DNA of 64,000 bases from Vulcanimicrobiota bacterium (GTDB lineage: Bacteria; Vulcanimicrobiota; Vulcanimicrobiia; Vulcanimicrobiales; Vulcanimicrobiaceae): assembly GCA_963795855.1 (NCBI GenBank), contig CAWCIZ010000003.1, positions 128,001 through 192,000 of the forward strand, given 5' to 3'. The position numbers and the translations under genes were made by a program. Positions within the stretch are counted from its first letter, which is position 1; each line of letters begins with the position of its first letter. The notes under the pieces were generated by a model. It searched no databases. It was not told where the DNA came from and saw nothing but the letters and a program-made list of their open reading frames with translations. Of this stretch, positions 42,470 through 50,262 are shown piece by piece.

Positions 42470-43600
42470 ATGCCGAACCCCGAGAAGCCGAGCCGCCGGT
42501 ACGTAATCTTGACCGAAGGGTTTCTTACCGATCCGATGTCCGGCAAAACCGCTCACGGCGTCATCCGCTTTCGGCCGGAGGAAACGGCGGTCGTTCTCGA
42601 TTCGCGATATGCGGGGAAACGCGTCTGCGACGTTATTGCACTTCCGAGCACTGCCCCTATCGTCGCGACGCTGGCCGAGGCAATGGAGACGAAGCCGACG
42701 TCGCTTCTCATCGGCGTAGCGACCGTCGGCGGAAAGTTACCGCCCGCGCTCCGTAAGACGGTACTGGAGGCCATCGACGCCGGACTCGAAATCGTCAACG
42801 GACTTCACGAATTTCTCGTAGACGATCCCGAGTTCGCAGCTCGCGCGGCAAAAAGCGGTGCGCGCCTGTGGGACGTGCGGCGCGTCGGCTCGACGCCGAT
42901 TTTCAGCGGCGCCGCGTACGAGGCTCCGCAGAAAGTCGTGCTGGCCGTAGGCAGCGACTGCTGCGTCGGCAAGATGACGGCAATGCTCGAGGTGGAACGC
43001 GCCGCGCACGGCGCCGGAACGCGCGCCCAGTTCATCGCAACGGGTCAAACCGGCATCGTTATCGCGGGTTCCGGCACCTGCGTCGATCGGGTCATTTCCG
43101 ATTTCGTCACGGGCGCGGCCGAGCAGCTGGTTCTCGGCGCTTCGCCCGATAGCGACGTTCTTCTGGTCGAGGGACAAGGATCGATTTTCCATCCCGCGTA
43201 CGCGCCGGTGACGTTTGGTTTGCTGTACGGCTGCGCACCCGATGCGCTCGTTCTCTGCCATCGGCCGGGAACCGACGTGATCGATGGTTTTCAGAACGAA
43301 ATCCCGAGTTTGTCCGTCCTCGTCCAAGCGCACGAACTCATGCTGGCACACGTGAAGCCCGCACGCGTGGCGGCTATCGTACTCGACACGTCGGCTTTGA
43401 ACGACGAAGCGGCCGCAAAAGCAATCTCCGACGCTGAAAAGAACACGGGTCTGCCGGCGGACGACCCGGTTCGCAGCGGCGGTCTAAAGATTTGGACTGC
43501 AATTGCGAGCGCGCTCGAGCATACCGCTAAATCCGACGGGCGTGGAACAGCCGCTCAAAAAGCCAGATATGCGTCGTTGGCAACCTCACCCAAGACCTGA
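42470..43600 (+). CDS. DUF1611 family protein (P-loop-like; family includes D-glutamate N-acetyltransferase DgcN)
   Basis: GKTAHGVIRF, IVNGLHEFL, WDVRR, VGSDCCVGKMT, FIATGQTG, VEGQGSIFHPAY. Confidence 0.85.
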   Translation: MPNPEKPSRRYVILTEGFLTDPMSGKTAHGVIRFRPEETAVVLDSRYAGKRVCDVIALPSTAPIVATLAEAMETKPTSLLIGVATVGGKLPPALRKTVLEAIDAGLEIVNGLHEFLVDDPEFAARAAKSGARLWDVRRVGSTPIFSGAAYEAPQKVVLAVGSDCCVGKMTAMLEVERAAHGAGTRAQFIATGQTGIVIAGSGTCVDRVISDFVTGAAEQLVLGASPDSDVLLVEGQGSIFHPAYAPVTFGLLYGCAPDALVLCHRPGTDVIDGFQNEIPSLSVLVQAHELMLAHVKPARVAAIVLDTSALNDEAAAKAISDAEKNTGLPADDPVRSGGLKIWTAIASALEHTAKSDGRGTAAQKARYASLATSPKT

Positions 43601-45129
43601 CCCGCGGTTTGCGCGACGTCTTTATCCGCCGGAAGACCGAAGTTGTTGAGGTAGATGCAGAACGCGAGATGACGTCCGCTTCGCGTGGTCATATATCCCG
43701 CCAAACCTTTTCCCGATAAAAAGAAGCGAGCGTTCAGCATATCACCGTTTCCGTTCGTACCGGTTTTGGCATGTACGCGGCCGGCCGCGGGCGCGCCCTT
43801 CTGGATGTTGAACAGGGTTCCGTCCACGCCGAGAATCGGCAGACCGCGGTATACCGCATCGAAATATGGACGCGTCCGCAGATAAGCAAGATACCGAACC
43901 ATTTGCGCAGGTTGAAAGTACGCGTTCGCGCCTTCGCCGTCGTTCTGCACGAAATCAAGCGGATTCAATCCCGCGCCGGCAAGGAACGCGCGTTCCAGCT
44001 TGAAGCCCGCTCCCTGCGGATCCGTTTTATCGCGGGTCAACAACGCACCCCAAAGGAACGGCATGATCGCGGCATGCAAATTGTCGCTTACCTTCAGCGT
44101 AATTTTCACATCTTCGGAAAGCGGCGGCGAAACATGGCGCGCAATCTCGTTCGCTGCCGTATATACGGATGCAGCCGCGGCCGCGTTCGCCGGTTGATTC
44201 GGAGCGCTTGATTCTACGCGGACACCGGCGTCGTTTAACGCCTGAGCGAGCGCGATTTCCGCGAAGCGTTGCGGCGAAGGGACCGGATAGTCGTACAAAA
44301 TCGGATGCGAACCACTCGGGAAGTTGCCGCTAATGGTCACGCGACGGTTTCCGGCCGCGTCTGCCACGTCGGCCGGCATCGCGATCGTGTTTTCCGAATG
44401 CGGCGATCCGGTAGTGGCGTCGTTGACGAACGAAACGTACGCAGTCTGCGGCGAAACTGCGATTCGAACGGGATCGCCGGGCTTGTCGCCGGCACTTACC
44501 GTTACGTCGACGACGTTGTCGTTCACGACGACCGGCGCGATAGTCGTCCCGGTGCCGCTTTCCTGCGTCGTATCGGGAAAAAGCGAGTCATCCACGAGGA
44601 CGCTGCCGGTGATGCGTTTGATTCCGCGATTTGCGATCTGCTTTGCGAAATCACGCAGAACCGCCAGCGGATCGCCGGGCACCGCTTTCGTGTCGATGCT
44701 TCCGCCGTACGCATGATCCTCGTTTTCGAACGCGAGCGTTCCGTTCGGTTGGATGCGATTAGAAAGATCGGGATCGCCGGAAGCGCGAAGGATGACGTCG
44801 CCGTGCAGCGTTCCCGCGCCGTCGACGGTACCATTGCGATAGACCACCGTCGTGAAGCGGTAGCCGGGGCCGAGCAGCGCGAGGGAAGTTCCTTCGGTAA
44901 GAAGTTTCGTCGTAGAAGCCGCAACGAACGCTTTGCCGGCGTTCAGCGCATAAACGGTGCGGTGACGATCGAGGTCGTAAAACGCGGCGCCGAACTGCGA
45001 CGAGCGCAAGTCGGGGCGATTGACGATCGCATTGATTTGCGCACCGAATGTGCTCGGCTGCGCAGCGCCGACCGGAGAACACACGAATGCACCCAACAGC
45101 ACGGCGCACAGCAAAATCGCACGGTTCAT
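43555..45129 (-). CDS. dacB: D-Ala-D-Ala carboxypeptidase/endopeptidase, S13 (PBP4/DacB family), secreted
   Basis: Signal peptide, ASTTK (SxxK), SDN (SxN), KTG, GDPDL. Confidence 0.88.
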   Translation of the reverse strand: MNRAILLCAVLLGAFVCSPVGAAQPSTFGAQINAIVNRPDLRSSQFGAAFYDLDRHRTVYALNAGKAFVAASTTKLLTEGTSLALLGPGYRFTTVVYRNGTVDGAGTLHGDVILRASGDPDLSNRIQPNGTLAFENEDHAYGGSIDTKAVPGDPLAVLRDFAKQIANRGIKRITGSVLVDDSLFPDTTQESGTGTTIAPVVVNDNVVDVTVSAGDKPGDPVRIAVSPQTAYVSFVNDATTGSPHSENTIAMPADVADAAGNRRVTISGNFPSGSHPILYDYPVPSPQRFAEIALAQALNDAGVRVESSAPNQPANAAAAASVYTAANEIARHVSPPLSEDVKITLKVSDNLHAAIMPFLWGALLTRDKTDPQGAGFKLERAFLAGAGLNPLDFVQNDGEGANAYFQPAQMVRYLAYLRTRPYFDAVYRGLPILGVDGTLFNIQKGAPAAGRVHAKTGTNGNGDMLNARFFLSGKGLAGYMTTRSGRHLAFCIYLNNFGLPADKDVAQTAGQVLGEVANDAYLAF

Positions 45130-45139
45130 ATTTCGCTCC

Positions 45140-46606
45140 TCATAGCTGCTCGTACGCCGCGACGGCAATCGACGCAACCGCGTTACCGATTCCATCCGGA
45201 TCGCGTTCGTCCTCGAAGGGCACGTTCGAGAAAAATACGGCGAAGATGAGTTCCCGGCCGGAAGCCGCGGTTATGAATCCGGCTAACGCTTTCGATTCCA
45301 TGAGCGCGCCGCGCGCCAGCAGGTTGGTATACGAGAGTGTGCCGGTCTTGGCGCGAACCGCGCGAGCTGCTGCTGCGCCGGTATCGCGTTGAATGGCGTG
45401 CAGCGTTCCGTCGCAGCCGAGAATCGGTAAGGCGCGCAAAAGATGGTCGCCCCATGGCGCGTTTCGGACTGCCGCGAGGAATTCGCACATGAACGCCGGC
45501 GTGAAATGCGCTTTCGCGCCGCAGCCGTCTCCCAAGAATGCACCCGCGCCGGCAATGCCTGGAAACGGACAGAGCGGCAGACCGTTGGCTTTCAAAACGC
45601 GCAAAAGAACTTCCGCGTGAAGATTTTGGCTGACTTTGAGCACGACTCTAACCGCTTCACTCAAAGGCGCGGAACGATACGACGCGATGAGAACGCGAGC
45701 GCCGCCGTCGAATCCGCCTTGCTGCTCGACGGTAACGCCGGCCTCTTCGAGCGCTTGAACGAACAGCATGCGCGCAAAGATCGACGGTTCCGGCACGCGG
45801 TACACCAGCAATGTGGTGCAACCTGCGTCGATCTCGCCGCGCACTTCGAGCGTTCTAACTCCTTGTTCGCAGATGCCGCGTTCCGCAATCGTCAGAGCGG
45901 TTCGCCCGCTGCCGGGCTCGACCGCCACGGCATTGTTGACGACGGTGAAACTGCGCGCAGCGGGGCTGACCGCAATATGCGGCGGCTCACCAATTCTCGA
46001 AGCCGCGACTCGAACATCGACGAGATTGTCGTTGACCACGAACGGCGAGATCGCCGTGTGGGTACCGGCTTCGAACTCGCCTTCACTGAAGAGCGACGCA
46101 TCCGCGAGGACCCTCCCGCGCACGCGCTCGATTCCGCCGGCCGCGACGGCGCGCGCCAGTTCCCGCAATACGCGCACCGGATCGCCGGCAATGGTGTCCG
46201 CGCCGGGGTAATACCCCGCCAGCGCATGATCGACGTCGCAATAGCGCAGCTTTCCGCGGTCGTCGGCCCGTGCCGAGAGATTCGGATCGCCGCCGGCTCT
46301 CAGAATGAGATCGCCGTGCAGCGTCCGTTCGCGATCGACGCGGCCGGTGCGTGAAACGCTCGTTTCGAAGCGGTAGTCCGGTCCCAGCGCGGCGAGCGCC
46401 GCCGCACAGGTGAGAATTTTCGCGGTGGAAGCGCCGGGAAACAATTCATCGGCGAGCCGTTCGTACAGAACCTCGTTCGTACCGGCGTCGCGAATCTGTA
46501 CACCGATGCGCGAACCGCGCGAACTGTGCTTCGCCGCAAGCGATTCGACCGCGGCGGCGAACGCGGTGCTGAACTCGGTCATCATTGGCTTTCGATGCGT
46601 TTCCAC
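45140..46606 (-). CDS. dacB: D-Ala-D-Ala carboxypeptidase/endopeptidase, S13 family (paralogue without evident signal peptide)
   Basis: ASTAK, SQN, KTG, GGDPNL. Confidence 0.85.
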   Translation of the reverse strand: METHRKPMMTEFSTAFAAAVESLAAKHSSRGSRIGVQIRDAGTNEVLYERLADELFPGASTAKILTCAAALAALGPDYRFETSVSRTGRVDRERTLHGDLILRAGGDPNLSARADDRGKLRYCDVDHALAGYYPGADTIAGDPVRVLRELARAVAAGGIERVRGRVLADASLFSEGEFEAGTHTAISPFVVNDNLVDVRVAASRIGEPPHIAVSPAARSFTVVNNAVAVEPGSGRTALTIAERGICEQGVRTLEVRGEIDAGCTTLLVYRVPEPSIFARMLFVQALEEAGVTVEQQGGFDGGARVLIASYRSAPLSEAVRVVLKVSQNLHAEVLLRVLKANGLPLCPFPGIAGAGAFLGDGCGAKAHFTPAFMCEFLAAVRNAPWGDHLLRALPILGCDGTLHAIQRDTGAAAARAVRAKTGTLSYTNLLARGALMESKALAGFITAASGRELIFAVFFSNVPFEDERDPDGIGNAVASIAVAAYEQL

Positions 46607-46743
46607 GCATCACGATCCGCCCCTGGCGATATTCTGATGTTTAAGACGAAATATCGCCGGCAAAAAAAACCAGCGCCTACAAGATACCGCCGGCTTGGTT
46701 TCGGCGCTCGAAGTCGCGTATCAACTTTCGGGAGGTGTCTCGC

Positions 46744-47274
46744 ATGGTGACATGGCCGATACGCGCGTGGTGCACAGCGGGCGTCGCGCTTTCGATGATC
46801 TCCTTCGCGGTTGCAAGCGCGGCAACCGTACCGAAAGCGACCGGAGCCAGAATGTGCGTGCTCGCGCGAGCGGATTTTCGTCCGTTCGGGACGATCGTGT
46901 GGACGAAACCGAAGATCAACGTCGACACCGGTAATCAGAACGTCTATTGCGTTTATCGCGGACCCAGCGGTGCCAAAGGCGGCGTAGAATTGGACGTCTT
47001 CTATCCGGCCGGGCAAAACGCGGCTGACGTGGAGCAAACGTTCAAGACCGTTCTTGGATCGGACCCCGGCGCCAAATACATTCCCGAAGGCGTACCAGGG
47101 GCCGACGAATCAGTTTATTCGTTGAGCGTGCCGTCGCCGGGGTATTTTCCGTTTGCGGCCAATGCCGTGCGCCGCGGCGATCTCGTGTTCACGATTTCGC
47201 TGCCGTCTTCACCGATTTCCAAACTGGAAATGCTCAGATTGAGCCGGATCGTCCTCAGCCGCTTATCGCGTTAA
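46744..47274 (+). CDS. Secreted hypothetical protein
   Basis: GGAGGT SD, signal-peptide-like N-terminus, Cys pair in the mature part. Confidence 0.65.
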   Translation: MVTWPIRAWCTAGVALSMISFAVASAATVPKATGARMCVLARADFRPFGTIVWTKPKINVDTGNQNVYCVYRGPSGAKGGVELDVFYPAGQNAADVEQTFKTVLGSDPGAKYIPEGVPGADESVYSLSVPSPGYFPFAANAVRRGDLVFTISLPSSPISKLEMLRLSRIVLSRLSR

Positions 47275-47285
47275 GCTCTAAACTT

Positions 47286-47317
47286 AAAAGGCTAGGCAGC
47301 GCGCCTAGCCTTTTTTT
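47286..47317. terminator. Bidirectional intrinsic terminator
   Basis: AAAAGGCTAGGC-AGCGC-GCCTAGCCTTTTTTT between convergent genes. Confidence 0.88.
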
Positions 47318-47337
47318 CAACACGGTTTTTCGTGAAA

Positions 47338-47744
47338 TCAGCGGCGCTTGCGCGCGTTCGACTTTTTTGCGCCCTTGCGTGCGGGCGCGGCGGCTTTGCG
47401 CGGCGCAGCTTTTTCGCGCCGCCTTTACGAGCGGCCGGCTTCGCAGCTTTGCGAGAGCCGCCGCCTTTGCGCGACATCACGGCTTCCTTGAGCGCCTTCG
47501 CCGGCAAAAACTTGAACACGCGTTTCGCGGGAACTTTAACCGGTTCGCCCGTTGCGGGATTGCGTGCAACGCGCGCCGCCCGATCGCGCACTTTGAACTG
47601 CCCGAATCCCGGAATCTTCACGGCTTCACCGGAGCACACGGCGGCTTGAATATCTTCAAAGATGCCGTCGACCAATGCCACCGCGTCCCTGCGGGACATC
47701 TCGAAACGCTCCATTGCAGCGCGTACCAAATCGACTTTATTCAT
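47338..47744 (-). CDS. hup: HU family DNA-binding protein with Lys/Ala-rich tail (1-bp deletion in an A-run near 47410)
   Basis: MNKVDLV...VKIPGFGQF..RAARVARNPATGE...F.PAKALKEAV. Restoring one A gives the tail AKKAAPRKAAAPARKGAKKSNARKRR with TGA at 47338. Confidence 0.9.
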
Positions 47745-48121
47745 GGGCTCCTCTCATGCTGAATACCCGGCGCTCTTGCGCCTGTTTGGCCCTAAAAGTA
47801 TGGTTTTTTCGCAGTTTTTCCTTTGTTTCCGAAAACTTGCGAAATGGAAAGGTCGAGGTAGTTTGCTACTAGAACGCGTTCGCCTCCATGCGCAGCACAC
47901 GTGCTGCGCGCGCGAATTGTGATTCAGCAGGATTCGAGCGGGCGTTCCTGCGGCCGCCCTTGCGCTCAGCCGCCCGCGGGCGAACGCGCGTTTGCAGCGA
48001 TCGATTTTTACGCAGGCATCGACCTCGGCGCGGCTTTCACAATCACATTGCGAAGATTTCCGAATGTTCGGAGCGAGCTCGCGCAGCAAACTACGTCGCG
48101 CTGCTCAGCCGCAGCAGCCGG

Positions 48122-48160
48122 TAAAAACCGAGCAGGCCGGCGGAGAATCTCCGCCAGCCT
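48122..48160 (-). terminator. Intrinsic terminator
   Basis: Minus strand AGGCUGGCGGAG-AUU-CUCCGCCGGCCU followed by GCUCGGUUUUU. Confidence 0.65.
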
Positions 48161-48302
48161 CTCTGCCCGCACGTCATCGCCGCTTTTCCGCCGGATGTTT
48201 CGGACAGCCGTCCGCGCCCTGGGGGAAGGCCGCTCGCGGCCTCACATCCTTCGGATTCGGGATAACGACTCGTACCGTTCCGTTTCATCGTAGCGAACGA
48301 GT
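48122..48302 (-). ncRNA. Candidate structured non-coding RNA (~180 nt), family not recognised
   Basis: Extended -10 TG-C-TATTTT at 48317-48309, nested stems with a three-way junction, and a terminator hairpin with U-tract at the 3' end. G-U pairs work only on the minus strand. Confidence 0.55.
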
Positions 48303-48389
48303 GTCCACAAAATAGCATGCACGCAGATCCGGCGCATGGGACGTTTGGGACGGGCGCCAAGGGCTTCCGCCCGCGAATTAGGACTGGTC

Positions 48390-48740
48390 CTAATCCGCGG
48401 CTTCGCGTTCTTCCTTGGCGGTCATGAGGCGATTGCCCAACTCGTCCAATTCGTCCTTATCGAAGAGTTTGCGCGCCATTTTGAACATGGGCCCTTTCTC
48501 TTCTTTGACATGGTGCTCGAAGAGTTTTTTGAGCACGCGCAACTCGGTCTGCAGGTCGCGTACGCGCCTGAATTCGGGATGGAAAGCCGTTTCCTCGATC
48601 TTCGAGCGAACCGTCAACTCCGCGACAATCTTTGAAAGATATGTTACGCTGCGCCCGCGCGCGCTCGCCGAGTCCTTCGACTTTTCCGAAGCGCGTTTTC
48701 CTTTTTTACGATCGGCTTTTCACAGTTTTGAAGCGCATCT
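48390..48740 (-). pseudogene. Degraded hemerythrin (HHE) domain gene
   Basis: ELTVRSKIEETAFHP and FEHHVKEE..MF recognisable. N-terminus frameshifted, His ligand positions read Arg, middle helices missing. Confidence 0.65.
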
Positions 48741-48789
48741 AGAACTGCCTACGTTGCGGCTGGCCGCTCGCTTAAGGCGTCCGACAAGA

Positions 48790-48862
48790 ATAAAGAGAGC
48801 CGCGGGGAGTCGGCTCTCTTACTGCATTAGCGGTCTTCTGTGAAGATCGCCGCCAGCGAGTA
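48790..48862 (-). ncRNA. Candidate two-hairpin sRNA with CUCCCC loop (copy 1)
   Basis: -10-like TATTAT at 48873-48868, first hairpin at about 48856-48828, then AAGAGAGCCG-ACUCCCCG-CGGCUCUCUU-UAUU. Confidence 0.4.
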
Positions 48863-49017
48863 TTTCAATAATATCCGGCGCCGGGCGCTGCACCTACAAG
48901 CAAGCGCAAAAGATCTGGGACTTGGTATGCTGAAATACAGACGCTGGTCCACTTGGCTGCCATCATGCTGGTTAACCGCGGCACGCCTTTGGCGCTCGCC
49001 GCTCTGCTCTTATTCAG

Positions 49018-49112
49018 CGATAAAAGGAACCGGGCTGGGGAGGCCGGTTCCTTTTCTTTTTATAAGCGGCCCAGGCATCACCGTAGGTCTGGTTTAGGAG
49101 CCGGGCCCACTC
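49018..49112 (-). ncRNA. Candidate two-hairpin sRNA with CUCCCC loop (copy 2); the 3' hairpin is also a plausible bidirectional terminator
   Basis: G-U-rich first hairpin at about 49112-49064, then AAAAGGAACCGG-CCUCCCCAGC-CCGGUUCCUUUU. Confidence 0.4.
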
Positions 49113-49389
49113 AACTGCCGTGCTGTTCGCCGCGAAGTACTTTGCCGCGATCCCGTGCCCTTACGCTGTGTCGTGTCCGCGTATGGGATGTGTCTGCGCC
49201 AACGTACGCTTCAACGCGGTCGCCGTTCCGTTGGCTATGCCGCAACGGCATATCGTGTCGCGCATAGTTCCACAGTGGTTGTGCGTGGCGCTCATCTCTG
49301 TCGAGAAACTCGGAATGAGCGTAAAGAAAATCGACGGCCTCGCGATTTCGCAACCTTTTTTGCTTTTCTTCGCATGATAAGATAGCCGC

Positions 49390-49557
49390 ATGGCAAGGCA
49401 GCAGGCCGGAAGCGATCCCGGCGCACGCAAGTATCAACCCAGCTTCGAGTCCTTCGTCCAGAAGAATGCCGCCGTCCCCAAAGACGCGGTAGAGCAGGTT
49501 GAGGCGGAGAGGCCCAAGCGCGTTAAGCCCAAGCGCCGGTTAAAGGCCAAGAAGTGA
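49390..49557 (+). CDS. Small basic protein (55 aa), not in the ORF track
   Basis: MARQQAGSDPGARKYQPSFESFVQKNAAVPKDAVEQVEAERPKRVKPKRRLKAKK. TG-A-TAAGAT lies 6 bp before the ATG, and there is a GTGA overlap with the next ORF. Confidence 0.6.
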   Translation: MARQQAGSDPGARKYQPSFESFVQKNAAVPKDAVEQVEAERPKRVKPKRRLKAKK

Positions 49558-49739
49558 ATTTTTGGCTCTTTGCCATCCCCGCGCTGATCGCGCTCAGCGT
49601 TCTTATGTGGCTGCTGTCTCGCCGTAAAGTCGACGCGTTTTACGCAGAGCCGACCGGACAAGATGCGCCTAACCGTCTTTCTTTAGAGGACGAAGCCGAG
49701 GGCGGCCTTTTTAGCGCCATCCCGCGAAATACGCGCTGA
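49554..49739 (+). CDS. Small single-pass membrane protein (61 aa)
   Basis: MNFWLFAIPALIALSVLMWLLSRRK..., N-terminal TM helix followed by a basic patch. Confidence 0.55.
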   Translation: MNFWLFAIPALIALSVLMWLLSRRKVDAFYAEPTGQDAPNRLSLEDEAEGGLFSAIPRNTR

Positions 49740-49793
49740 GCCCGGTCACCGCTTTTCAACGGAGGCTTGTTCGGTCGCGGCGTCAAGTATATA

Positions 49794-49835
49794 ATGTCCC
49801 TTTTACTTGACATAATGTCGCGCACACGCTACACT
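49794..49835 (+). promoter_or_regulatory. Sigma70 promoter with overlapping palindromic operator(s)
   Basis: TTGACA (49807-49812), 17 bp, TACACT (49830-49835), 7 bp, ATG 49843. ATGTC-N10-GACAT at 49794-49813 and ATGTC-N10-TACAC at 49815-49834. Confidence 0.75.
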
Positions 49836-49842
49836 CTCGCCT

Positions 49843-50262
49843 ATGCACAACCCTTCACGGGCCGCCAAGCCGCAAAACCCGACGGAGGCCGCCAAACGGC
49901 AGTACAAAGTCCGGTTCACGATCGCCATGATTGCGTACGTGGCAATCGTGATTCCGGTGACTGCGGCGGCGAACCACGCGGCCGGCCCCTGGAAGATCGT
50001 GCTGGCGTTGACGCCGCTGATACCGCTCGTGGTCGTGTTCGTATCCGCTGTACAGATGATTCGCGGCATCGACGAACTGGAGCGGCAGATCCACATCGAG
50101 GCGCTCGCAATCGCGGCCGGCGTAACGGCGCTGCTCGCGGTGACGTACGGTTTCCTGGAAGTCGCGCACTTTCCGCGTCCCAGCGCGTGGTTTACTTACA
50201 GCACCGTTTTGATCGCCTGGCTCATCGCAACGCCCTTTGTCTCGCGCAAATACAAAGACTGA
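49843..50262 (+). CDS. Four-TM membrane protein
   Basis: Four hydrophobic segments and a DELERQI motif, coupled to the downstream HTH gene. Confidence 0.78.
   Translation: MHNPSRAAKPQNPTEAAKRQYKVRFTIAMIAYVAIVIPVTAAANHAAGPWKIVLALTPLIPLVVVFVSAVQMIRGIDELERQIHIEALAIAAGVTALLAVTYGFLEVAHFPRPSAWFTYSTVLIAWLIATPFVSRKYKD

Noticed and set aside
47292..47337. HU C-terminal extension to 47292 as given in the ORF track
   Set aside because: It runs through the terminator. A one-base correction gives a typical Lys/Ala tail ending at 47338.
47886..47960. tRNA-like GGATTCGAGC and the hairpin GCGCAGCAC/GTGCTGCGC
   Set aside because: No cloverleaf, acceptor stem or CCA can be built. An isolated GC hairpin is expected by chance at this GC content.
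48190..48225. Hammerhead ribozyme (stem followed by GAAAC on the minus strand)
   Set aside because: The required CUGANGA core is absent before the stem.
49111..49437. Overlapping ORFs 49111..49437(-), 49120..49377(+) and 49161..49430(-)
   Set aside because: No recognisable motifs, start signals or consistent coding pattern, so none could be supported.
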